A stretch of DNA of 64,000 nt from Monocercomonoides exilis PA203 (taxonomy: Eukaryota; Protista; Preaxostyla). Location: positions 682,001 to 746,000 of the forward strand of contig LSRY02000029.1 of the NCBI GenBank assembly GCA_001643675.2. Reading direction: 5' to 3'. The position numbers and the translations under genes were made by a program. The notes under the pieces were generated by a model. That model made no database searches. It was not told where the DNA came from and saw only the letters and a list, made by a program, of their open reading frames with translations. Positions 27,780 through 38,999 of the stretch are shown here, piece after piece. The number at the start of each line of letters is the position of its first letter. Position 1 is the first letter of the stretch.

Positions 27780-29048
27780 TCAAAGTATTGATTTATAGCA
27801 ATTTAGAAAATTATGATAAAGGATATTTTGAAGGCTGTCTGGAGTCAATTCTTCTGTATCATTTGCTAAAGATGAAAAATGTTCTGTTTCATCTTGTGAT
27901 GTTGTTGAAGAACTGTTTTCTGAAGCTTTTTTATTTTTGATGGCATTCAGTAATTCTTCAGCAACGCTGACAACAGCTGAAGGTTCTGACGACAATCCTT
28001 CTTTATACGATGCATATTTTGAATCAAATGTCGGAGCATCGGTTTCGATTAATAATCGGTTAAGGGGAACAAAAGATGCACTTTGAGAAACGATGTTGTC
28101 TTTGCTGTGATCAAAAATCGTTCCAGAAAATGAAAACCAAACATGAGAATCATGATAAAAATCTGGATGCTGAAGTTGGCGTTTAACTTTTTTCTTTTTC
28201 AATTGTTGCTCATGAATTTTTGAAAGGGATGAAGGGTTGCCAAGTTCGCTTTCTGGTAACGCTATCGAAGGCTTTGTCAAATGACTTTGTCCTTTATCGT
28301 TATCTTTCTTTGTATCTGTGAAAATTGATGAAGATGGTGTCGATGAAGAAGATGCTTCTTCCTTTTTCACTAAAGAAGAAATTCTACATGATGGAGATCC
28401 AGCTTCGAGAAGTAATGGAACAAAATCAGGAGGTCCTCCATAAGAATGAAGAATAATTGCAGGAGGAAGTCGATTAATGTCACGTTGCTCGCATAAAATA
28501 GTATAGAGATTTCCAACAGCTCGTACACAGTGAACACTGCACGGACGATTCATTTGATACGCTATATCAAGTTGTTCTTTGAAAGCAGAACACTGAGTTT
28601 CTAAAGAAGGATAAGAACCTTTTTTCGATTTATCTGTTTTCAATTTATCGATTCCAATTTCTCCAACTCCACTGCACGGATGCTGTGTTAGTTTTTTAAT
28701 GAGATTTTCCTTCCATTGAGGTGTTCTTTTATCTAGAAACCAAGGATGATAGCCAAAAAATGGAATTACAAATGTTTGATGAATCTTAGCAATTGAAGGA
28801 TCAAGTATATTTTGTTGGCTTATTTGAGATTTCTCGGCATAGTGTTCGTTTTCATTCCAATCTTCTTCCGAAGTTCCACATGAAATAACAATTTTAACAT
28901 TTGCTTTTGCTGCATGTTCAAGCAAATCGTCAACGTGTTCACAATCACACAAATGGCAGTGGGTATCAATGTAGTATTTTTCTTCGGAAAAGAATTTGGA
29001 TTTTAATGGGGTTTGACAAGAAAATGCTTTCTCTTCATTTGTAATCAT
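27780..29048 (-). CDS. tatD: TatD-family metal-dependent DNase
   Basis: Motifs IDTHCHL, GYHPW, GEIGID, VHCVRA, ILHSYGG and LLIETDAP in order; Ser/Lys-rich insertion before WFSFSG; intronless. Confidence 0.93.
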   Translation of the reverse strand: MITNEEKAFSCQTPLKSKFFSEEKYYIDTHCHLCDCEHVDDLLEHAAKANVKIVISCGTSEEDWNENEHYAEKSQISQQNILDPSIAKIHQTFVIPFFGYHPWFLDKRTPQWKENLIKKLTQHPCSGVGEIGIDKLKTDKSKKGSYPSLETQCSAFKEQLDIAYQMNRPCSVHCVRAVGNLYTILCEQRDINRLPPAIILHSYGGPPDFVPLLLEAGSPSCRISSLVKKEEASSSSTPSSSIFTDTKKDNDKGQSHLTKPSIALPESELGNPSSLSKIHEQQLKKKKVKRQLQHPDFYHDSHVWFSFSGTIFDHSKDNIVSQSASFVPLNRLLIETDAPTFDSKYASYKEGLSSEPSAVVSVAEELLNAIKNKKASENSSSTTSQDETEHFSSLANDTEELTPDSLQNILYHNFLNCYKSIL

Positions 29049-29058
29049 TAAAACTTTT

Positions 29059-32000
29059 ATGGATGGGTTGGATCAAGTTCAAATGAAACCTCAAAAGAAG
29101 GTTGTAGAAGCTTCAAAAAAGTTAAAAATAAGTTTGTATAAATGCAATTCGTTTCTTTTACTCTTATGAAAATAAATTCAACACTTTATTATCCATTTTT
29201 TGCTGTTTTCATATTAATTCTAAAAAACAATTTTCAATCTATATGTGAATGCTTCTCTTTAATGTACAGCACCTAACTCAATAGAATTTGTATGTAAATT
29301 TGTTTTAAAAAGAATTTAATGAAAAATATATTTTTAAAAATTGATATAAACAGTATTTTAGATGGATTCGAGCTCTTTTGCAGCTTTTACCTGAAGACGA
29401 TATGTTTGCTGTGTTTTCATCTGGAGAAGTTTTGTGCGAATTGGTTCAATTGCTTTCGGATGCGTATTTTGAAGGTTTTATTCTCTTGTTTGTTTTTTTG
29501 CTGAAAAAGTATTTAATAATAATTAAAGAACATGAAGCATTGGAAAATTCGTTAACTTCCCCTAAAAAGAAAATTCAAATAATTGGTGTTCTTTCTGGAA
29601 CGCAAACTGAGCGTCCTTGCGTTCAAAACATTGAGAAAGCTCTGAATGTGATTTGGGCTCGATCACCACGTGTGAAATGTATGCCAACACCAAAACAGAT
29701 ATACATCGGAGATCCTGCTCCTACTGTTTCTCTAATTCGAGAAATGTTTGAGATTTATGTAATGAGAGGGGTATGGTCTCGCTCACGTGATATGTTTTCA
29801 TGGTATTCTGAAAGATGTGCTCATTATGGATGGATTCTTCCTCCGCAACTGCATAAAAAGGGAAATTTACAACTAAGAAGAGATATGTTTTCTTCTGGAG
29901 CTGTGATTTGCATGGCATGTCTTTCTTGCGGAGGAGGCAAAGAATGGACACCAGAAAAATGGGAAGATGAAGGAGACGATGAAGACGAGGATAGTGATTC
30001 AGAAAAAGAATTAGAGGCTTCTTTGATCAACGAGAAAAAAGAAGTTAAAGAGGTCAAGCGAACATCAGGGGGTACCAAACAAATTGCAACGAAGCGAAAT
30101 CCAACTACACAAACAACACCAAAAAGATCATCAAAAACTGCAACATCTCAACGTTCTTCAACATTGAGATCAACCATGAAAAAATCTGAAATTGGAAGTG
30201 CTTCCTCCAAAAAAGAAGAAAAATCAATTCCCACTTCTTCTTTTCAGTCAGAAAGCCATCCTGTTCCTTTGATGACGCTTCCACCAAAGCTTCGGAAGAA
30301 TTCAACTCGAACACAGCCGATGGCACCTCCTTCATCTTTGACAGCTGTTTATGGCTTTCCATCGACAGAACAAGAGAGACAGCACAACGTCCAACTGGCC
30401 CTTGCTTCTTTTGCCAGTTTGGGTGTTCCGGTGTTTGTGACTCCTGCTGAATGGATTGCCCCTAATGCCACAAAGGCGGTTTCTTCATCGCGCACAATGG
30501 CCGGTTCTTCTTCTTCCTCCTCTCTTTCTCCTCTTTCAACTGTTTATTCTACGCCTTCTCTTGTGTCTGTTGCCTCTGATTCTTCTGTCCCTGTTCCTTC
30601 TTCTCAGCAAAGGGGAAAAGAAGTTCATAGAACGGAACAAGAGCAAGTTGAGGATGACATTCTGATGTTTCAACTTGATCTTATTTGGAGGCAACTTCTT
30701 GATTGCGTCAGTGAAGAGAAAGAAGACATTAGAGAAGTCACTTCAAGCTCTGCCTTGGCAACTCCTGCGAATGTTTCTCGAAGCACATTGTCTCAGCCAA
30801 AAACACCTTCTTCTCAGAAAAGAGGTATGCAAAAGTCTGCCTCTGTTTCTGCTGTCTCTCCTTCTCTTTCCTCTTCTTCTTCAGTTGCTGCTTCTTCGCA
30901 GTTTCCACCTCAAAAGCCTGCAGCATGCGAAAAAGTGACGTTTAACAAGCTCATCTCAACAGTCCGGTTTGCAGATCAGGAAAGAGTACTTCGTGTTGAG
31001 AGAAAGTTAGAACGTGAGAAGCGGAAAGAAGAGAGAAAACGAGAAGAAGAGCTGATGGCTGCAAGAAAAGAAGAAGAGGAAAAGGAAAAGGAACAGCCAG
31101 CTAATTCAAAAGAAACAAATGAAATGGAATCGGATGCAAAAACAGAGGAGAATAAAACGAGTCGCACTCCACAATTGAACAAAGTTAAACGGCCGATTTC
31201 TTCTTCTTCAGCGATGTCAATCCGTCGATCATCGATTTTGCAAAATAAGAGGCAAAATATATCTTCTGCTGAAAAGGCTGATGAATATATCAAAGATACA
31301 TCGGAAATGCCAAATTCTGAGAGCAATCATGCAATTCAAACACCTCAAAAAGTTGAAAATTCTCCTTCATTCAGAAAAACTCCTATGAAATCACCGAATG
31401 TGAGGCAGCAAAGTGGAATTAAAAAGCCAATATCATCAAATAGAGAAGAGAAGCCAACAAAAGTTGAAGAAAAAAAAGATGATCAAAATGATTTGAATAA
31501 AGAAACGATTGAGAAGCAAGAGCAAAAGGAGGTAACAAAAGATACAGAACAACGTATCAAACCAAAAGTGCATCAACTTTCTATTTCTCCATTAAAGACA
31601 AATCCACATCCAATAAACAAGCACAACACAATTATTGCAGAAGCTAAAAAACATGCAACACAAGATTCTCCTCTTCCTTCTCAAAACAAGGAGATTGCAG
31701 AGAAACAAGATTTATTACCTGAAGTCTCAACGCAAAATGAAGTGAATTCTCGAAAAGCAGAAACGCCCACAAAGCGCACAGAAGCTAATCATTCTTTGAC
31801 CACTCATCATTCCGCTGCATCTTCAAGGACAGATGACAAAAAACCAAAAGTGAGGGCAATCATGTCTTTATCATTGAAATATTCAAATGGAAAGCCAATT
31901 CAGCAGCACCTTCCTTCAAAAGATGAGAAACAACCAAAAAAAGATGAGAAAAAAGAAAATGATGTTCAAATTCAAGCAACAGATTCAGCAGCAAAACAGA

Positions 32001-34220
32001 GCCAACAGCAAGAAGAAGAGAAATCAAGTCAGGAAAATCAGAATTCAGACAAAGAAAGACCAAAATCACCAATAAAATCTGGCGCGTCTTTGAGAGAAAG
32101 CACTTCATTAAAAAAACTTCAATTTAGCACCAGAAATAAGCAAATGTCTGTAAGCAAAGGAAAATTTGACAAAATCCTTCCGGCAAAGAAAGAGGCTGAA
32201 GTGAAGCAAGATTTTATTGAAGCTCCGACTAAACAGACGAATCAAAAAGATGTTAACAAAGATGAAAATAATGAGCAATCAAATGAGGGAAAAGAAGTCA
32301 TTTTGCAAATTGAAGATGTCTCAGAACAGCAAAAAGAAGGAGAAATTTTGGATGAAAGATTACAAAAAACAGAGCCATATGCACTAAGCAATGAGCAATG
32401 TTCAGAAAAAGAATCAATAGAAAAGATAAGCTCAAACCACGAAAACTCAGCAGCAAATGAGAAACAAGAAGGAAATGAAGAAGGGGATATTGAAATAGCT
32501 GAAGCGAGCGAAAACTCAAGTAAAAATGAAGTTGAAAAGAAAGACGACAATTTAAACGAAGACGGCATATCTTTAATGATTGAAGAAGTCGATAAAATGG
32601 AACTGGAAGCTTCTGATGATGAAAACAACGACAATGACATGTCTCCACTGTCAATTGCTTCTCTTCCTCAGCCTCACACACAAGGATCCACCACACCCCC
32701 ACCTTTGCCCACTGATTCAACTCCTCTTTCATCCCCAATCTCAACGCCTTCCAAGCAGCGCCACTTGACAACATCGCGTTCACTTTCTCCATCTTCATCT
32801 GCTTCTTCTCTAACTATTCACACAGAGACTGCTTCTCATCAGTCAAACAACACCAACTCTTTGTCTTCTTCTTCAGAATTGCAAGCTCAATCCACTTCTT
32901 CTCAGCAATTGCCAGAAGAAAGAAAGACTTGTGCTGAATCCTCCGCTGAAGAGAACATTTCTCAGCCATCAGACAAGTTAACACAAAACACTTCACCTTC
33001 AATAGATTTAACAACACCTCCACCTGTTGATGCTATTTTACCTTCTGAAAGCGATACAGCCACTTCTTCCCTGTATGGTCTTATTAAACAAATGGTTCAG
33101 AACAACAAAGCCACATCAACAAATCCAACTTCAGAAGCAGAAGCATCATCTTCATTGCCATCCTTAACTACTCATTCAAGTTTGGATCAAATACAACCTG
33201 CTGAAGGCAATGATCAATCAAATATTTCGTCATCAGAAGCATCTTCTTCAATTGTTGATGTTGCATCGGTGATGCTTTCGACTCCGAGGAACGTGGAATT
33301 GTGCCTTTCTTCTTCATCGCAGTTGCTTTCTTCTGTTCAAACTGCAATTCGTGTTGCGCGTCAACGTGATTTAAGAAAACAAAAGAATGAGAAAGAGAAT
33401 GAATCACCTTGTGAAGAAAACTCCAGTAATCAAAAAGATACAAATTCTGCTGCTGAAGAAAGTGGAGAAAAGATTAACAGTAATGAAACAGTAGAAGATG
33501 AAGGATCATCAAAAGCAAGTTCTTCAGAAAACTCTTCTGAGCATTTAGCTGATTGCAAACAAGAAGAGCATGCATCAGATGCTTCTCAAAGCACAAGTTC
33601 ATTTTTGAAACAGAACAATGAGACATTGGAAGGTACTCAAGAAGATGGGAAATTTGAATATATTCCGCATATTCTACATGCAAATCTGGCTACTGACACT
33701 ATCCATCTCTCATTTTTGGACAAGGATCAAAAGTTGCTTCCGGTTTGTGAAATATTTTTTTTTTTTTTTGCTTATTTGTTTGATAAATTTTCTGATTCTA
33801 TTTCATTTATGAAAACTGTTGTTAATGACGTGATTATAATTATTTATTCAGATTTTTGTTATACCAATGAAGCGCATCAGTCTTATTAATGTATCCCCGA
33901 AATGTCCTCGTACTCTCTCTTTAAGCATTTCTGATGCTGCTTCTCCAAAAGACAATTATCCACTTCCTTCAGTAATTGAGGTATATTTATTCTTTTTTAA
34001 TATCTGCTTTTTAAATGCAGTGATATGCAATATTTTCATAAAAACGATTAAATCTTATATTTTTTGTATCAATGATCTCAGATTCGCTTTGCTGAATGTA
34101 AAGAGGCGCTTAACTATGTTTATTCATTTCAACTGCTCCAACAACACAAAAATGTTGATGACTTTGAACATCAAAATACCCAATTGACAAAAGAAAACAT
34201 TGAACCTATGCACGAGTGAT
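29059..34220 (+). CDS. Large protein with N-terminal calponin-homology-like domain(s) and charged/Ser-rich tail
   Basis: In-frame splicing of 29059-29131, 29270-29289 and 29354 onward gives ...PNSIEFYFRWIRALLQLLPEDDMFAVFSSGEVLCELVQLL...VQNIEKALNVI (CH-like). A second CH-like unit follows (RDMFSSGAVIC...HNVQLALASFASLGV). The 3' exons after 33740 are approximate. Confidence 0.65.
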
Positions 34221-34325
34221 AAATTTTTGATGATATTTTTACAATTTTTTTGATCTTTTTTTGTTTGTGTAATTTTTTGTATATTGAAATTTTCGCATGC
34301 GCGAAAAAATGCGAAAAATAGTAAT

Positions 34326-34327
<2 letters not shown>

Positions 34328-34371
<44 letters not shown>
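34328..34371. repeat. Poly(T)44 / poly(A)44 homopolymer
   Basis: Uninterrupted T run. Confidence 0.95.
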
Positions 34372-34374
<3 letters not shown>

Positions 34375-34573
34375 GGAATGATTTTAAATTTTTGATATAA
34401 TTTTTGATTTATGAAACAATTTTTGAATGTTTTATGTTTTTTGATTATTAGTAAATAATTAATATTGTTCAACATTTGTTCATTAGATTTTTAAATTAAA
34501 AGAATAGCTTTCACATAATCGCAATAAAAATTATTTATAATGAAATTTTTGTGAACAACATCACATTTTTTTG

Positions 34574-35110
34574 ATGGTGATTTTTTGAAATCATCTCTTC
34601 CTTAGGAGTAAATAAATTCAGACAATTCATAAAATTTTCCATACAAATTTTCTTTCTAATATCAAATCTCTTTCAATCATTTCAAAAGCCATTGGTTGAT
34701 GAAAAAGAAATACAGAGATGGGTGATTATTTTTGAAATCATATCTTTTTTCGGGGTGTTGATTTATCTTAGGTTGTTTGTCAGTGTGAAGAAATTTTGAA
34801 TTCTGATTGTTTATTTATCTCAACTTTTTTAAAAAAAACAATTGTTTTTGCTCAAAACAGATGCGTATGTATTTCAAAACTCTTTTCACATTTTTGTCAT
34901 CATTTCCAAATGCACAAAAGAAATTTTTTAACCGAAATTTTTGAACAAAAAAAAAGTGCTTTCAAAAATAATCACCCGTTTTGATCATAATTCAGATTAA
35001 ACACGCACAACTTCACAAGAATGAAAATAAATTCATGTGAATGCAAATATGTTAATTTTGAAGTGATTTCATGAAATAAAACTGATATGGGTGATTTTTT
35101 TTGATATCAT
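34574..35110. repeat. Dispersed GGTGATT(A)TTTTTGA(A/T)ATCAT motif, 4 copies, including a perfect 18-bp inverted pair
   Basis: Direct copies at ~34576, 34720 and ~35089. gggtgattatttttgaaa (34720-34737) is the exact reverse complement of tttcaaaaataatcaccc (34960-34977). Confidence 0.7.
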
Positions 35111-35710
35111 AAAAAATTCCGACGTTTGATCAAAAAATTTTTTCATTAAGGGTGGTGTTGATAAGAAAATAGAAAGTGATGATCTCACAAATATTTTGCT
35201 CAAATTATTATTGTTTTTATTTATTTGTTGATTTCAATTTGTTTCCAATTGATTTCATTTCAAATATCTAGAAATAAAAATAATTTCAAAAAAAAAATAT
35301 CGAAAATACAATAAACATAACAAAACATAAGTTATCTTGCTTGAAAAGCATAATAATGATTGTTTCAAAACTCGATAAATCAATTTCTTTAATGAAAAAT
35401 TTGAATTAATGTTATTGAAAAGAAATTAAAAAATTGCTGATGAAGATCATTAAACTTAAGAAAAAAATGAACAATTTTCAAAATTGCACATAGAAAAATA
35501 TGATAGTTATACAAGACATTTATTGGATAAACAACAATTTATAATGAATTATTATTAAAAAACAATTAATTCTTTGGAGAAGTTTTCTTAATAAATTGAT
35601 CAAAGTTAAAAAAATAACTAAGAAAATATAAAAAAAATGAGAAGAAATACGAAAATTTCTGTTTTTTTCACTGAAAAATGTTTTGCTTAACAGCAATTCT
35701 CTTTTATTCT

Positions 35711-37250
35711 TCATCATCCTCCTCTTAGGCATAGCCTTGCTTGAAAGCTGAGCTTATCTTTTATCGGGCTGTTCATTTTCCATGCAGACTCTGCAAACAC
35801 TCCTTTCGTTTGCGATGATTGAAGAAGAAGCAGGGTGTATACTCATTTAAACAACTCCATCTTCGCTGTCTCCTTGCCTGGACTATTTCTCCACATCTCT
35901 TCTATATCCACTTTTGCAGTACTTGTATCCTTTCAATTCATTTTCACTTTGTCCATTGATTCTTCACTCATGGCAGTTTTCCCGTCTGCTCTGACCGACT
36001 CAACTGCTTTGAGGCAACCTGAATCAGAATCAAGAACAGTATTAAGACGAGAATGTGCAAACAAGTCCACATTACGCTCTTATGCAAGGGGCCATCTCTT
36101 ATGTGAAATGCTGAGAGCGAATGTGCAATGGACTGTGCTGATGAGACGTGTGTGTTCACCATCTATGTGAGCGATATATCGACCGAAGGAGACGGCCTCT
36201 TCAAAGACTGCATCGTCTCCACTAAAGCTCCTCCAATCCCTGTCTCCGTTCTCAAAATCCGCTTCGTCTTGAGCGACGCCTTCCGAGGAAAGGAACTCTT
36301 TCTCCGGAGCTCCTATATCCCAGCCTAAATCGATGAGTCCCTCTTTTCCATCGAGATCACCCAACCTTCTCTTGCTGCGAGGACATCCATCTGAAGCTCT
36401 GATTCCTCTCACACTGATCCCGATCACGACTTAAACATCCTGCCCTTCATTTCTTTTCTTCCGCACCCACAGGATATTCCTCTGCAAAGACGCAGGCTCC
36501 TCTGCCAAGCTATGCTACTCACAGCTAGGCCTCTATTTCTCCTTCTCCGCAATTTTTATCCATATCTTCCTCCAAAATTGCCTATCCAATATTCGAATTT
36601 GGTCTAACTCGAACAATCGTGTTTTTGTTCACTTTGTATTTTCCAGCTCAATGATGTTGCATTTTGCAACAGCTGCATCTTCACCTCCTTCCACTCCTCC
36701 TTCCACTCCTCCTTCGCTTCAATCAACTTCTGAGTCTTTTGCTTTTTCGACGGATTCCTCCAGACATCTTTCTGTATCTTTTCTCTCTCAGAATAGCACA
36801 TCCACTTCTCCCAGCACAATCTTTTCTCTCTCGCTTCAATATCTTCTTCGGCGCTTCACAGCCTTGCACGTGCTTGACATTGGATTTGGCAACTCCGTTG
36901 AAAATCTCTCGCAACAGATCTCTCCATTAAAGCAGACAGCGCTATTCTTCTTATTCAACGTCAAATTTGTCATGAAGCTCCTTTAGAATGATGAATTCTT
37001 TCTTCATTAACATCTTGCTCTCCAAGATCAGCAGTTGCGCGCATGCCGACAACTGTGAGTTAACAAACAACAGCCTTGCCGTTTGGAATTACCACTTCTC
37101 CCACAGCAACTTCGTCTGCTCCGATGCCGGTGGACTCAACATCGCTTTCATGAATCCGCTTGTAACATATGCACAGTTGATCAGCACAATTCACTGTCAC
37201 TCAAATACATCGCCTATGGTCCGGATGTTCCAGCTTCCAAGCATTTTCAG
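35711..37250 (-). pseudogene. Degraded coding relic with internal stops; one frame ends ...RLCLRGG-stop-stop
   Basis: GC content and codon-like composition are above the flanks. The frame of ORF 36080-36427 continues through three stops to LRGG at 35717-35728. Confidence 0.4.
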
Positions 37251-38520
37251 ATTGTAAAATATCTTCTTCCCAAGAACAGCACTTAAAAAAAGCCGCAAGA
37301 ATGAAAATATTTGAGCAAAAAGAGAAAAAGGAGTTTAAGAAATGTTCTGTGCTTAGAGCGACTTCAGCAAGAGCTAATAAGAGTCTGTTGCAGAAAATGA
37401 AGGAGTTTGTGGCTTCGCCGGAGTTCCAACAAGAACAGAAGTGGCTGACAATTGTGTGTGTGGGAACAATTAAAGAAGGAATAGCTAATGTCGATGAAGC
37501 TGTGATGTTTTCAATGTGCAACTTAGCAGACGACAGTGTATTGTCGAACGAGTAAAATGTCTGCTGCTGTTCATTTTCAATATCATCTCCTCCTTTTATT
37601 CCCATGTCCCTCCTCCTTTCTGTTGATGCCTGTGGAAGCCTTGTGTCTAATGCATCAATTTGTGATGTGCAAAACTCGTCTTTCTCCTTCTTCTTCGTCT
37701 TCGCCTTTGGCTCTTCCTGCTGTCTCCCTTTCCTCTGCTCTGCGCTCAATTTGCTTCTGAAATCCACCTTCTTTGCTTCTTCCATTTGAACTTGAACTTC
37801 TCTCTCTTCGCTTCTTTGCTGTGTCATAAAGCGAGCTGATGAACACAATGCGCCTTGAAGCTCCTTCCCTCTTCCTCTGCCATTTCTCATTCGATGCCCA
37901 TTCTTCTCACTCAGCCCATTTAGCTCAGACAGAGCAAGGAAGTTGAACGAAGTGCTGAAGAAGAGCGGAATACGCCTCTGGGGAATAAGAAAACAGTTCA
38001 AATGCACATTCAGCGAAGCCACAGAATGCATTGATGGTGGTGATGATGATGATAAGAATAAAGAAAAAGGAGGAGGCGATGGTGGAGAAGAAGCTGATGA
38101 TGAATGGAACACAATAAAGTAGAAAACAACGATTTCAAAGCGGGAAGAGGACGAGGAATGAGAGAAAGAAGGAACCGAGGGTTGTCGAAATCCTGGAGCA
38201 AATTCCAAAGAAGACGCAGAATCAGAAGAAGTTTGCAATTTCTTCTCAGGTGGCAGAGGTTTAGATGAGATCTTCATCACTCTTAACGTATCCTTTGCAT
38301 CGTCTGCATCCTACGGAGCAGAGCAGCAGAGGCCAAAGTGATAACACAATTCAGCCAGCGCTGTGCGACGGTGCGTGTCCAGAGGAGAAGTGGCAACTGT
38401 TGAAATGTTCAAAGAGCGCCATACACAGGGAGGTGGAGTTGATGGTGTATTGTCAGTGGGGTTGGGGGAGAAGAAGAAAAAGAAGAGGAGGGACGAAGAA
38501 TGAAGATGAGAAGGGAAAAA

Positions 38521-38538
38521 GAAGGAGAAGAAAAAGAA

Positions 38539-38573
<35 letters not shown>

Positions 38574-38592
38574 AGAAGAAGAAGAAGAAGAA

Positions 38593-38639
<47 letters not shown>

Positions 38640-38769
38640 AGAAGAAGAAGAAGAAGAAGAAGAAGAAGAAGAAGAAGAAGAAGAAGAAGAAGAAGAAGAA
38701 GAAGAAGAAGAAGAAGAAGAAGAAGAAGAAGAAGAAGAAGAAGAAGAAGAAGAAGAAGAAGAAGAAGAA

Positions 38770-38800
<31 letters not shown>
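38521..38800. repeat. (GAA)n microsatellite followed by (GAT)n, bracketed by a ~43-bp direct repeat
   Basis: About 80 GAA units, then about 10 GAT. aagaagaaaaagaagagga(g/a)ggacgaagaatgaagatgagaag occurs at 38471-38513 and 38901-38943 with 1 mismatch. Confidence 0.95.
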
Positions 38801-38802
<2 letters not shown>

Positions 38803-38999
38803 GAGAATAAGTGGAAGAAGTGGGGTTTTTTGAAGGGACGAATGATGTGATGGTGAAGAAACTGGTGAAAATGATATGTTGAAAGAGGTGAGAAATAAGG
38901 AAGAAGAAAAAGAAGAGGAAGGACGAAGAATGAAGATGAGAAGAGGAAGAAGAGGAAGAAGAGAAAGATTGTGAAGAGCAAGAAGAGGAAGAAGTTGAA

